Source: Octopus sinensis (Eukaryota). From it: DNA of 64,000 bases. The notes beneath the pieces were generated by a model. The model was not told the DNA's origin, made no database searches, and saw nothing but the letters and a program-made list of their open reading frames with translations. The stretch is from assembly GCF_006345805.1 (NCBI RefSeq), contig NC_043010.1, positions 50,282,001 through 50,346,000 on the forward strand, read 5' to 3'. How positions within the stretch are numbered: position 1 is the stretch's first letter; the number at the start of each line of letters is the position of its first letter. A program made the position numbers and the translations under genes. Below are positions 25,966 to 38,518 of this stretch, piece after piece.

Positions 25966-27410
25966 CTGAATAAATAATATAAAATGTTAAATAGCAGGAT
26001 GATGATATCACAATGGGTCTGACATTTTGATAAATACTTTGTAAATCATGTATTCTTTCAATTTTCTTTCAGATTTTTCACCACAAGATATATTCATTTC
26101 CTATTTATACTATATAGGGTGCTTTGGAATTGTAAATTTAAAGCAAAAAAAAAATAAATAAATAAAGGTATTATTACATGTAAAAACTCATTCACAATTT
26201 TGGCACACTTCATGTGGTAAGAAGCTTGGTTCTGGATGTGTGGCACTTTGGACAAGTGTCTTCTACTGTTGGAGGGACAAACACAGATACACAAACACAT
26301 ACATATATATACATATACATATATACGACAGGCTTCTTTCAGTTTCCGTCTCCTAAATCCACTTGCAAGGCTTTGGTCAGCCCGAAGCTATAGCAGAAGA
26401 CACTTGCCCAAGGTGCCACGCAGTGGGAGGTACCAGATGATAGTTTATATTTAAATATATGGGTAGAATTATTACAGGAGTATAGATTACAAAGGTCAAT
26501 AAAGGATCAAATGAGGAAAGTTCATAATGATTGTGGTATATGCTAGTATTCTCCCTGCATTTTTAGTTGCTACTCAAAAAGGAGTTTTAGGCAACAAGTC
26601 AACTTCAACGCTAACTGTATGTGCCTATTACTTTATATCATCAAGCATAACATTAAATAAACATATAGAGCTCTGATCTGGAAGAATTGTTGGTACGCTG
26701 AACAAAATGCATAGTAGTATTTCATCTATCTTTTATGTTCTGAGTTCAAATTCCATTGAGGTTGACTTTGTCTTTCATCCTTTTGGGGTCAATAAAATAA
26801 GAACCAGTTGAATTTAGGGTCAAAATAATAAACTAACTCTTTTCCTAAAATTGCTGGCCTTGTACCAAAATTTGAAACCAATATTACATAAGCATAAGAC
26901 ATTTCTTCATGCTCCATAGAGTTCATCCTACCTTAGAATTGATTTTCTTCTTAAGAATTATTCTTACCCTAAAGAGTTAATCCAATATTTAATATGGTCG
27001 TAGATATACAAGCATCAGGATGATCAACAAATGGAATAATTTGACTGGTAACTCTAAAGCGTTTGTGCTTATCTAGAGCTAAATAACAACATAGCATGAT
27101 GGATTGACAGATTAAAATAAGCCTTCCTTGTACAGGCACAAGACTTGAAATTTTTTAGAGGGGGGGGGGGCTAGTCAATTACATCAACCCAAGTTTTCAA
27201 CTGGTACTTATTTCATTGAGCTTGAAATGTTGAAAGGCAAAGCTGACTTCAGCAGAAATTGAACTCAGAACATAGAGACTGATGAGATACCACTAAGCTC
27301 TGTGTCCAGCATGCTAATGGTTCTGTCAACTTGCTGCCTTAATGATAAGTTAATAAAATAACAGCAGATTGATTTTATTACACACACCACACATCCTATA
27401 CAATACTTAC

Positions 27411-27526
27411 CTTCTAAATTACTTTGGAAAAGTACTGGAAAAATTCCATTCGGGGCAAGGTGGTGTAAACAACACCTCATGAACTGTCTGGCAATACTTA
27501 CACAATTGCCAGGTGCCATTAAAGTA
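27411..27526 (-). CDS. unc79: unc-79 exon (STLMAPGNCVSIARQFMRCCLHHLAPNGIFPVLFQSNLE)
   Basis: Resembles recalled UNC79 PGN...VAKQFLRC..HQLAPNGIFPQLFQS; canonical splice sites. Confidence 0.95.
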
Positions 27527-27719
27527 CTGAAAGAATAAGATGAATATAATATGAAACAGAATATAAATATGGTGTTGAATCATTTTTTTTCTTTTTTGGT
27601 TTATGATTAAGTTTTTTAAAATTCAATCTCACTTCACAGAATCGTGGGTAAATTGTCTTTTATTATCCCAACCTGTGCATTATAAACGAATTTGGTAGAC
27701 AGAAACTGTATAGAAGTCT

Positions 27720-27753
<34 letters not shown>

Positions 27754-27929
27754 CATCATCATCTATGTGAAGGCATGTGGTTAGGCCGTTGCACACTAGA
27801 TCATGAGTTCAATTCCCTGAGTGGGCAGTGCATTGTGTTCTTGAACAAAACACTTCCACATACAAAGACTACCTTCTCTGATAACTTTCCTATTATTTCA
27901 CTGCACCTCTTGTGTATACATAGCTTGCA

Positions 27930-28540
27930 CTGGGAATGCCATATGGAATTCCTGCTTTTTTTCTACTTATTGAGCAGAGCCATTTACCTGATGGAGGAAG
28001 GTCCTGTTTGTTTTCTTGTTTACTAGAATCTTAGTCTTTGCTAAGCTAACCTTAAGGCCCTTTGATTCCTTTTGCTTCCACATTTGGAATTCATTTTGTA
28101 GTTCTGTTACAGAATCTTCTATAAGAGCAAGATTATCAGCATATAACAGTTCCCAGGGGCAACCAGTTTTGAATTCTTCTGTTATGGCTAGGAGGACGAT
28201 GATGAATAGGAGGGAACTGAGAACTAAATCCTGATGAGTGCCTACCTGTATACTAAATTCATCACTATACTCATGGTTAACTCATCATACTGACAGAACC
28301 TCTGTACATGGCTTGTATGGCTTTCACAAGTTACCCGTCTAGTCCTAGTTTCCCTAGAGCCATATCACAGAATGGGGTACTTTGTCAAAGGCTTTCTTTA
28401 AGTCAACAAACACAATGGTACAAAGGTTTGTTTATTCTTGAGCAGAAGTCTGACTATAAAGATAGCATCAGTAGTGCTTCTCCTTGGCACAAAGCCAAAC
28501 TGCAGTTCATTTAATCTGATTCTGCTCCTAATTAGGCCAT
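27930..28540 (-). mobile_element. RTE-clade LINE RT fragment
   Basis: QFGFVPRRSTTDAIFIVR and ELLYADNLAL-like motifs. Confidence 0.8.
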
Positions 28541-28729
28541 GTAAATGTGTTTTTTTTACTTTATTAAGGTAACAATACATTAACTACATAAGCGTAGCTT
28601 TATTCATAGCAAACACATTAAAAAAAACAATCAAAAAGTAATCCATACAATTCAAAAGAAGTGGAAAAAGATATCTTAATTCATAACAATAATGTGGTCA
28701 GAGGAAAACAATAATAGCAACAGCAACAC

Positions 28730-29070
28730 TGACAGAACGATCCAGGCGAATCAACCAGATATAGTCATTTAGGACAGATAAGACAATATTTGTAGACTAA
28801 TAGCTGTAAGTATTCCCACTGATAAAAATATATCTGTAAATGAATTTGACAAATTAAGTAAATATAAGGACCTGGAAATTGAAATACCAAAGATGTGGCA
28901 TCTTAAAGCAAGAACTGTTCCTGTTATTGTAGGTGCCTTAGGTATGATAAAAAAAGATATGTTAGGAACATCTAGATAACATCCTAGGTGAACCATGTCT
29001 CAGAGAAATCCAAAAGATAGTGCTGACAAGTACTGCCCACTTCCTTATAAAAACCCTATCAATTTAAATG
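28730..29070 (+). mobile_element. REL-type LINE endonuclease fragment (related copy at about 47480-47810 on the minus strand)
   Basis: PDIVI..SIPTDKNI..KLSKYKDLEIEI.KMW..TVPVIVGALG motif. Confidence 0.75.
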
Positions 29071-29522
29071 TCTGTATTGTATTACATGAAGATATTTAGC
29101 CACTTCCCTTCCCCAAGCTTTCAGCCATACTGAAACATCTCTTATCCCTCACCCACCCTAGGATGCTGGGTGAGTCTTGGCAAGTGATTGTAACAAACAT
29201 GCAGATTAAGAGTAAATAATATAATAATAATAGGTGCACTTGGAAGTATACCAATAGTAAATTGGTGCACTTGGAATAAACCAATAGTAATTGGTACACT
29301 TAAAAGTATTAGCACTCATCTGCAAACATGGCTGAAAAAGATCGGTTTAAGTGTGAAGGTAGAACGCCTACATACATCAGTATTGCTTGGAACTGCAAGA
29401 ATTCTTCGAAGAGTTCTTGAAGCATGACCAGTATACAAGTGTTATCTTAGTCTGCTGGATGTGGGCAGCTGACACTTTCCATCATACCAAGCAAAATAAG
29501 CTGAAAATTTTCATCAAATAAT

Positions 29523-29553
<31 letters not shown>

Positions 29554-29586
29554 GTTTAGCGTCCGTTTTCCATGCTAGCATGGGTT

Positions 29587-29622
<36 letters not shown>

Positions 29623-29627
29623 CTTAC

Positions 29628-29666
29628 CTGTCAACTTGCCAGGGATATGAATTAGAAGAAGCAATC
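29628..29666 (-). CDS. unc79: unc-79 39-nt exon (IASSNSYPWQVD)
   Basis: ctccacag acceptor, cag|gtaag donor, phase 2-2. Confidence 0.88.
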
Positions 29667-30169
29667 CTGTGGAGCAAAAGAAATTTCCATAAATAACCAA
29701 CAGATCCAGACATTAAGGGAAAATAAAAACATTCAAGAAGCAACATATAGTGCTTTGGGAACCTGTCCAGTCGGTCTTGTGCTGGTTTTTGTCAACGATG
29801 TATGTGCGTGTGTGTGTGTGTGTATGTATGTATGGATGGATGGATGTCTATAGAAATCTGTGATGACTTTCACATTTGACATGTGGCACACAATGAACCT
29901 GTACAGGCAATGTTGATTTGAGGGAGAGAGCTGGAGTAATAGATGTAATATGTACAATGTAGGGTGTCCCAAAATCATGGTTTTGATTCACAGACTGCAT
30001 GGTTCATTGTGTTCTTGAGCAAAACAACTTCATTTCACGTTGCTCTGTGAACACTTCAACACCTGACATGTAGTACACCATGCGACTGTAAAGGCAATGT
30101 TGATTTGATGATGGAAGCAAGCCAAGGTATAGCACAAGCATTTGATCACCGTAAACAAATCACCTGTCA

Positions 30170-30350
30170 TCATCATTCATCATTGTTCGACCGTGGTCGA
30201 GACAATGGAATTTACCATGCTACGCCAGACTTCACGGTCCATCATGGCATTACGGAGGTCCTGTTGCTGGATGCCTGTATCCCTGGAGATTACATCAGTA
30301 CTGGTTGTTTAGTAAGAAAGGGTAGAACTTCCATCTGTCGTTTATGACAG
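30170..30350 (-). mobile_element. RTE-like LINE 3' end
   Basis: DVISRDTGIQQQDLRNAMMDREVWRSMV followed by a short TGA-repeat tail. Confidence 0.6.
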
Positions 30351-30544
30351 GAGAGGCCAACATGTATGTACAATAATTAATTGGATCTTAGTTTTGCATG
30401 CAAATAGCTGTTAGGTTTTCCAAAAGATAAATATATCTTTAATGTTGACATTGAATGTAGTCACTAGCTGTGAACATGGTCCCTAAGGATCAAAACGGAG
30501 TTAACTCTGTAAATTTGACAATAAAATAGAAATAAAATAAAAAT

Positions 30545-30637
30545 ATATATGTGTGTGTGTACATATATGCACATATACATGTATATATGTGTATGTATAT
30601 ATGTATATATATGTGTGTTTGTATATATATGTATGAA

Positions 30638-30720
<83 letters not shown>

Positions 30721-30841
30721 CACATATATATACATAGATACACACACAGATATATACATACTTACATATATACATATAAATATACGTACATATATATATA
30801 TATATACATACATACATGCAAATACATATATACATATATGC

Positions 30842-30872
<31 letters not shown>

Positions 30873-30960
30873 CATATATGTATGCATACATACTCACATG
30901 CACACATACAGACACACATATCCATACACACACATTTGTGTGTATGTAGACATGTACATG
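30545..30960. repeat. (TA)/(TG)/(CA) compound microsatellite (similar tracts at 22278-22330, 49785-49950, 55110-55305, 62470-62540, 63570-63872)
   Basis: Direct inspection. Confidence 0.95.
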
Positions 30961-31199
30961 TGTAAATCAATGTAAATGCCTTGTAGTAAGTATTTCAGTC
31001 CATAAAATACAGAGGTAACTTTCTGAAGAAAGTATCTCCTGACGAAACTACTCATTCAAGAAATAGTGTGTGATTCTTCATGTGTCAGACGAAGTACTAA
31101 GGTTCAGTATAATCGACTAAAACCCTCGACCCCTTATGTCAACCAACCCTGGATAGCCACAGTCAAAAACCAAAAAAAGCAAAAAAAGAGTATATTTAC

Positions 31200-31442
31200 T
31201 TTGCTACACACTGGAGGCTGTCCAGCATTGTGGGCATTGCCAGTGAGGGCTCCCTGTATATAAAAGCTGATAATACCAGAATGCACAGCCCAATGGTTTC
31301 TTCATCATATTGTTCCAGTATAACATGGCATTCTGGACATCTATCAACCATTACTGTATCTCCATAGCGATTGAATTGTGGGCGCTGATGTGTTTTCTTT
31401 TGTTGACTTTTGTTTAGTAATTCACTACGACGAGTTCTTTGG
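31200..31442 (-). CDS. unc79: unc-79 exon (...DRCPECHVILEQYDEETIGLCILVLSAFIYREPSLAMPTMLDSLQCVAK)
   Basis: Matches the recalled UNC79 motif C..C...LE.YDEET.GL.I.VLS.FI; ttttag acceptor, aa|gtaaat donor. Confidence 0.93.
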
Positions 31443-32454
31443 CTAAAATGGGAAATATTTAAAAAATATTTTAAAATAAATCTAAAAACCGAAGAAAAAA
31501 TGGTCTTCATAAAACAGTTAATAAAATATAGTTCCTAAATGGAAGCATTCATTTATTATTTACTTTTCTGTTGTTTTACATTTTTTTTTTTGAAACATGC
31601 AGTAATAAATCTGGAAATATAAGTATTTTCAAACATTTTTATTTTGGTCATTATCACTGTCATCATTTAAACTGGCCATACCCTGTCCAAATATTCCACC
31701 TGTTTCATGTTCAAACCAACCAGATCTGACCTCTCACACCCACCTTACAATGTTATTCTAATAATAAGGAATCCTCATCATCGTCATCGTATAGCGTCCG
31801 CTTTCCATGCTAGCATGGGTTGGACGGTTCAACTGGGGTCTGGGAAGCCAGAAGGCTGCACCAGGCTCAGTCTGATCTGGCAATGTGAATGTAGTGGGTG
31901 CTTTTTACGTGCCACTGGCACAGGTGCCAGACGAGTCTGGCAAACAGCCACGATCGGATGGTGCTTTTTACGTGCCACCGGCACGAGGCCAGTCGGGGCG
32001 GTGCTGGCAACGGCCACGTTCAGATGGTTCTCTTGTTCATCATTTAAATCCCAAAGCTACAAGATAATACATGATTAATTCAAAACAATGTGAATAAATA
32101 AGTATTACATTTGACAAAATAATCATCATTGTTTAACATCCATTTTCCATGCTAGCATGGGTTAGACAGTTCAACTGGGGTCTGGGAAGCCAGGAGGCTG
32201 CACCAGGCTCCAGTCTGATCTGGTAGTGTTTCTACAGCTGGATGTCCTTCTAGCTCCATTTAGACCCCTTTTTACATAAAAATCCAATTTGTATCAATGT
32301 TTGCCTTCTTCATTTTATAGATTAGATTATGATATCTCAAATGGTGTTCTTGTAGTCTCCTCTATTATTTTTCTCTTCCAATTCCAAATAACAATGATAA
32401 AAAATTTTTTTGTTATTAATAGATTGAAATGTTTGCAGGCAAAAATATTCTTAC

Positions 32455-32620
32455 CTGGTTCTTCCAGAACCTTCAACGGCTTGAGACGGTGCATTTTCTG
32501 AAAGCTCAGGAAATATCTTTTGAAGTTCCACAGTAGTAAGACCAGTTTTTCTGGCTTTGCGTTGTCTGTAATTTGGTTTGAATAGAAAGTCTCGAGAAAA
32601 CAACGTGCCTTGAGAATCTT
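32455..32620 (-). CDS. unc79: unc-79 exon (EDSQGTLFSRDFLFKPNYRQRKARKTGLTTVELQKIFPELSENAPSQAVEGSGRT)
   Basis: ttctgttccag acceptor, cag|gtaag donor, phase 1 to 2. Confidence 0.88.
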
Positions 32621-32697
32621 CTGGAACAGAAATTTAAAAGTGGTTTTAATTATTTTTTAGGTAAAGGAAAACATAAAAGTCTTTTTTTATTTTATAT

Positions 32698-32915
32698 CCC
32701 TTTAACATTCAGATTAATCCACCAACAGTAATGCTTATTTATCCACATTGTTTCAAATTAATCATGTATTATCTCATAATCTCATAGTTTCATAATTTTG
32801 ACGATGTGATTCTTTATGTTTAAAGTGACATTGTAGAGTAGGTGTGAGAGGCCTAATCTAGCCAGTTTGAGCAAAAAAACAAATAAAATATTAGGGCTGT
32901 TTGAATACTAAAGGG
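32698..32915. mobile_element. piggyBac-like MITE
   Basis: TIR ccctttaacattc / gaatactaaaggg followed by TTAA; related pieces near 17760-17910, 45630-45760 and 50685-50790. Confidence 0.55.
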
Positions 32916-33404
32916 TTAATAGAAAGATAGCATAAATTTTAATAAATTCCCCCCCCCCCAAAAAAAAGCAGAATATTTCAGCATACAAATATCACAAAAT
33001 ATCTTTTAGCTGTTATTAATCTCAGTCATTATACTGTGGCCATTCTGGGGCACCACCTTCAAGAATTTTAGTCAAAAGCATCGACTCCAATACTTATCTT
33101 TTAAGCCTGGTACTTATTCTATCAGTTTGCTTGGCTGAAGTGCTAAGGTACAGAGACATAAATACACCAATACCAATTGTCAAACACTGGTAGACGAGAA
33201 GCATATACACAAAATCACACATGCACATGACAGGCTTCTTTCAGTTTCCATCTATCAAATCCACTCACAAGGCTTTGGTCGGCTCAAGCCAATAGTAGTA
33301 GAGACTCACTCAAGGTGCCACACTGTGGGTCTGAACCCAGAACCATGTGGTTGGGAAGTAAACTTATTACCAAATTCCTATATATATATATATATATATA
33401 TATA

Positions 33405-33782
33405 CGAGCAAAACACTCCCCTGTCCAATGGACAGTGCTGAGTTGTCAAACATTTAAACCAAATTTTCTCAAAACAACTTGTCCAACTGTCGCATAGGCC
33501 TCCCCTTTGAGAAACACTGATTTAACCTAAATTTGAAATACCAGCAAAAGAAGCAATAAAGATAGACTTTTTTCTATTCCAAGAAAAACGATTTTAGAAA
33601 TGCCCGTTCCCACAGCTTTATCGATCACATTCTCACCTGGAATCGATTTTCGCAATTTTTTCAAGACTTATACATGCCCTGATACCATCGGTATCTACAT
33701 ATCAAATTTGAGCGCAATCAGATGGAGGATGCCCGAGGTCCTAGAAGACACACACACAGACAGACAGAACAGATTTTATATA
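33405..33782 (+). mobile_element. Non-autonomous repeat, possibly Helitron-like; inverted partner at 37732-38115
   Basis: Shared blocks gagcaaaac..tgctgagttgtcaaa..ttctcaaaacaacttgtcc and ccctgatacc..tcaaatttg..cctagaagacacacacacagacagacagaa.agattttata. Confidence 0.6.
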
Positions 33783-34364
33783 CATATATATATATATATA
33801 TATATACGCATTTTGTAGTTACATGAGCCTTGAGACTCAATGAACTATTTATTATTATCTTTATCATATAGGAGTAAGCTGGTAGAACCATTACTATGCT
33901 GATTCTTTACACTCTAAGTTCAAATGCCACTGAGGTTGATTTTGCCTTTCATCCTTTTGGGGCTGATAGGGTTGAAATATTATGAATATGCATATATACG
34001 ACGGGCTTCTTTCAGTTTCCATCTACAAAATCCACTCTCAAGGCTTTGGTCGGCCCGAGGCTATAGTAGAACACACTTGCCCAAGGTGCCACGCAGTGGG
34101 GTAGAACCCGGAACCATGTGGCTGGTAAGCAAGCTACTTACCACACAGCTACTCCTAGTAAAATGACTTTGCCATTATTAAGGTGGTTGTTTGGAACTCA
34201 CACAGAAACTGAAGATTTATTGCAACATATGGGGAGAAGATCCATCAATCCAAGCCAGCATTGAAAAATGAAAGTAAAATGATGACAATAATGATGACAA
34301 CAGAGATGATGATGATGATTACAACAATAATGATAACATATACATTAACATCAGTGCAACCTAC

Positions 34365-34803
34365 CTTTATTTTCATCTAATGCAGCATCTCCTGAATCAG
34401 TTGCTGTGTGATGCTTCTCGGATTCAGCATCCGATGTCTGCCCCTTTTCACTGTCCTCAGTGCTGTCTACTTCTGACAGTGCTTGGTCACGACTCCACTC
34501 TGAAGTAGTGGTACCATCACGGCCACTATTGCCATCAGTAGTGGTGCTACTGGACAGTGTTGGGGCAGCTGCTGGGTGCTTTTGAACTTCGTTCTGCTGT
34601 TCGAATTCCTGAATTTGCTGGGCCATCTTCTTCTCTACTGCAGTAGTAGGAGAGGATGTTGCTTCACCACTACCAGCAGCTGTATTAGCAGTAGCAGCAG
34701 TGCTACTACTACTAGCACTAGTAGCAGTTGATGTAGTTGTAGTGGTACCAGCAGTGGCATCATCAGTCACATCACGCAGTGGTACTATACTATGCTTGAA
34801 GTC
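34365..34803 (-). CDS. unc79: unc-79 exon, T/S/A-rich disordered linker (DFKHSIVPLRDVTDDATAGTTTTT...ALDENK)
   Basis: Within ORF 34351-34830; cag acceptor, aag|gtagg donor, phase 0 to 1. Confidence 0.82.
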
Positions 34804-34957
34804 CTGTGTTTTAGAGAATAAGAAAAGCATTTAAAAAAAAAATATCAGATCTTCCTCAAATATCTTTTTGTCTTTATGTTTAGTTCAGTGAATGGTCTAA
34901 CCCTTCCATGAGTATATTTCTATAGTTCAGTGAATGGTCTAACCCTTCCATGAGTAT

Positions 34958-35030
34958 ATTTTTATAGTTCAGTTGGTAGAGCATTAGACTTTTAATCTGA
35001 AGGTTGTGGGTTTGAGTACCTCTGTGGGTG
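34958..35030 (+). pseudogene. tRNA-Lys(TTT)-derived pseudogene or SINE head
   Basis: atagttcagttggtagagcattagactTTTaatctgaaggttgtgggtttgagt resembles eukaryotic tRNA-Lys-TTT; acceptor stem and T-arm are mutated. Confidence 0.7.
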
Positions 35031-36278
35031 CACGATTATTTTTATGGGTGCAGGTATGGCTGTGTGGCAGAAATGTTAGCATGCCGGGCGAAATGCTTAA
35101 CGGTATTTCGTCTGTCTTTATGTTCTGAGTTCAAATTCTGCCGAGGTCGACTTTGCCTTTCATCCTCACGGGGTCAATTAAATAAGTACCAGTTACGCAC
35201 TGGGGTCGATATAATCGACTTAATCCGTTTGTCTGTCCTTGTTTGTCCCTTCTGTGTTTAGCCCCTTGTGGGCAGTAAAGAAATAAGAAGCCTGCTTCTG
35301 AACCACATAGTTCTGGGTTCAGTCCCACTGTGTGGCACCTTGGGTTAGTGCCTTCTACTACAAACCCAGGCAAGTGGATTCCCCTGAAGAGAAATGAAAT
35401 ATTATTGGTTAAATTTTGAAATCATATGATAGGGTCTTATCAACTTACTACATTGAGCAAGTTTTATTTTGCTGGAGAAAGCTGTGGTGGCTTGCTGCTC
35501 ATAGTCCCTTTGAACATTTCATGAGGTTGGTATTCTACCTTTTTGGTTTTTACAATAAGATATTATAATGATAAATTAATAATAATAATAATAATATAAT
35601 AATAATAATAATAACAACAACAACAACTAGAAAAAACTCGGAGAGTGCAGACCTCCAAGCCAAGCAGCTCATTGCCATCCATATACATGCATGCTGAAAA
35701 TCGCCCAATTTCCCAAACCAACACCAGCAGAAACATAACCTCCTTGTGTGTGCAGCAGGCCTTAACCACACAGCTATGCCTTTGTCCATGTCCATGACTA
35801 TGTTTGTGTTTGCATTGGTCAAACACCAGTTTTGTTTATATAGGGTCTTTTTATGCCCCATAGCCTAGCATCTCGACTTATATAAATTGATAGAATTTCT
35901 CAAGGCGGCGAGTTGGCAGAAACATTAGCATGGTGGGTGAAATGTTTAGCAGTATCTCGTCTGCCGTTACATTCTGAGTTCAAATTCCGCCGAGGTCAAC
36001 TTTGCCTTTCATCTTTTCGAGGTCGGTAAATTAAGTACCAGTTATGCATTGGAGTCGATGCAATCAACTTAATCCCTTTGTCTGTCCTTGTTTGCCCCCT
36101 CTATGTTTAGCCCCTTGTGGGCAATAACGAAATAAGAAATTGATAGAATAAATACCAGAGTACCAGACTGAAATAAGTAAACATTCAAAGACAGTAGTCT
36201 CATCATATCCACAGAACAAGAACTGAATTCAGAAAAAGAATGAAAAGGGTAGTAGATGATTAAAAGTGGTCCACCTAC

Positions 36279-36652
36279 ATCATTATCATCTGGAGACTGG
36301 GCAGGAGAGGTTGATGATCTAACATCCACTTCATTTGCTGCACCATGTCTCCCTCCTTGTCGACTGAAGCGGTTGTGTTTCGCTGCTTTCTTTTGATCTT
36401 TCTTATTACTGCTGCTGTGTGTCGGTGTTGAATCTGTATCCGACATAGGGCCTTCTGGAATCACTTTCTTCACTGTATGCTTGTTCTTTGTGTAATGAAC
36501 AATGCTGTCTTTCACAGGAGATGTCATTTTGATGTGAAGGTTGCTCACTTTGTAACCGCCTCCACTCTCTTCCTTCTGATAGGTGGGGCTTTGAGGAGGA
36601 GTTTCCGTTTCTTGAATATTCTCCAAATCACTTGCAGAAACTTTACTGGCAT
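36279..36652 (-). CDS. unc79: unc-79 exon, S/T/K-rich low-complexity linker (DASKVSASDLENIQETETPPQSP...SPDDND)
   Basis: Within ORF 36069-36704; polypyrimidine tract plus tag acceptor; gat|gtagg donor chosen because the next exon needs phase 0. Confidence 0.82.
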
Positions 36653-37731
36653 CTAAGATATAAGAAAAACGAAAAAAAAAAAGAAAAAAGAGAATATGAG
36701 GCATTCATTGCTTTCAAGTAGGTACAATGCAACAATCTTATCAGAGGTGTGGATTGGATGTGTGGTAAGTAGCTTGCTTCCCAGCCACATGGTTCTAGGT
36801 TCAGTCCCACTGTGTGGCTCCTTGGGCAAGTATCTTCTACAATAGCCTTGGGCTGACCAAAACCTTGTGAGTGGATTTGGTAGATGAAAATTGAAAGAAG
36901 CCAGTTGTATATATATATATATGTGTGTGTGTGTGTATGTATTTACATGTGCAGATGTGTGTGTGTGTGTGTTTGTGTCCCCCACCCCATCCATCGCTTG
37001 CCAGTCAACATTGGTGTGTTTAGGTCCCTGTAACTTAACAATTCAGCAATAGAGGCTGATAGAATAAATACTAGGCTTACAAAGAATAAGTCTTGGGGTT
37101 GATTTCTTCGACTAAAACCGTTTAGCATGTTACTCCAGCATGGTCACAGTCAAATGACTGTAACAAGTAAAAGAGTAAAAAAATAAAAGAACAATAATAA
37201 AACCTAGGTGCTTTTTTTGTTTTGTCGTCGTCGTCATCATCATCATCATCATCATCATCATTTAACATCCATATTCCATGCTGCTGGCATAGGTTGGATG
37301 GTTCGACAGGATCCAGTGGGTCCGAGGACTGCACCATTCTCTAACGTCTGCTTTTGGCATAGTTTCTTCACCCTGATGCTTTTCCTAACACTAAGTGCAT
37401 TACAGCATGTAACTGTGCTTTTCTCATACCACCAACTCTAGTGTGGTCACAAGACCCTGACTGTGGGAGTAGCTTTAGGATAGAAGATAGGGTGTTAAAG
37501 TATGAAAGAAGGGGGCAAAGTAGGTTTCTTGTAAAGCTACTTGCATTTAGAAGAAAGGGTGAGAATGATCAGGTGGAGTTGCAAACAAATAGATAATGAT
37601 GATGATGAGGTGTCCAGGTTATCTTCACAAGGTAAAAGGTGAATGATATATGCAGGAAGAGACAGCTGCCTGTCCGCCAGTCTGTCTGTTTGTCCGTCCG
37701 TTCGTTCATCCATCCATCCATCCATTCATCA

Positions 37732-38114
37732 TATAAAATCTATTCTGTCTGTCTGTGTGTGTGTCTTCTAGGATCTCGGGCATCCTCCATCCAGTTGTGC
37801 ACAAATTTGATATATAGATACCGACGGTATCAGGGCGTGTATAAGTCTTGAGAAAATTACAAAAATTGATTCCAGGTGAGAATGCGATCGAGAAAGCTGT
37901 GGGAACGTGCATTTGTACACACAAGTACATCAGCTGTTGCGATCACTACTACGCATATGCGAGAAAAATGCACGTGTAGTTTGCATAAGAAAAGCCAGCT
38001 GGCTTGAAATAATGCCACAAAATGGGATGGTTGGACAAGTTGTTTTGAGAAAAATTGGTTCAAATATTTGACAACTCAGCACCATCCATTTGACGGGGTG
38101 GGGGAGTTTTGCTC

Positions 38115-38115
<1 letters not shown>
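37732..38115 (-). mobile_element. Second copy of the 33405-33782 repeat, in opposite orientation
   Basis: Reverse-complement similarity; ORFs 33600-33818 (+) and 37706-37930 (-) give nearly the same conceptual translation. Confidence 0.65.
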
Positions 38116-38158
<43 letters not shown>

Positions 38159-38370
38159 CACACATAGTGGTATTTATTGCTGAACACTAAAGAGATGGAG
38201 TAAAAAGATTATATGTTTTAACAGCAATTATGTACTCCTGGTGGTAATTCAATGAAAAGTGTATAAGTTTGATAAAGCACAGAATACCATAACTGTTTGC
38301 TGTATTTTATCAATATTGTGTGTGTGTATAATAAATAGAAATCCTGCAAGCTAAAAGTAGTACAACTTAC

Positions 38371-38518
38371 CTCTACTTCTATGAAACTGCGGTATTGGTG
38401 GAGTAAAACCCTCTTCTCCTTTTTTACATTTGTGATGTTGAGCTTCAATTGTGTTGATTACAATTCTTATCAGAATTTGAACTATTTCTGTTGTTGCACT
38501 GTTGGCATTGACTTGGTA
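38371..38518 (-). CDS. unc79: unc-79 exon (YQVNANSATTEIVQILIRIVINTIEAQHHKCKKGEEGFTPPIPQFHRSR)
   Basis: ttccag acceptor, gag|gtaag donor, phase 0 to 1. Confidence 0.9.

Noticed and set aside
30490-30970. Long YI/CV/HT-rich ORFs here and at 42462-42715, 55046-55455, 63571-63917
   Set aside because: Translations of dinucleotide microsatellites, not genes
31020-31075. CTGAAGA / CTGACGA / GAAAC cluster resembling a hammerhead
   Set aside because: No consistent stem I, II or III pairing could be drawn
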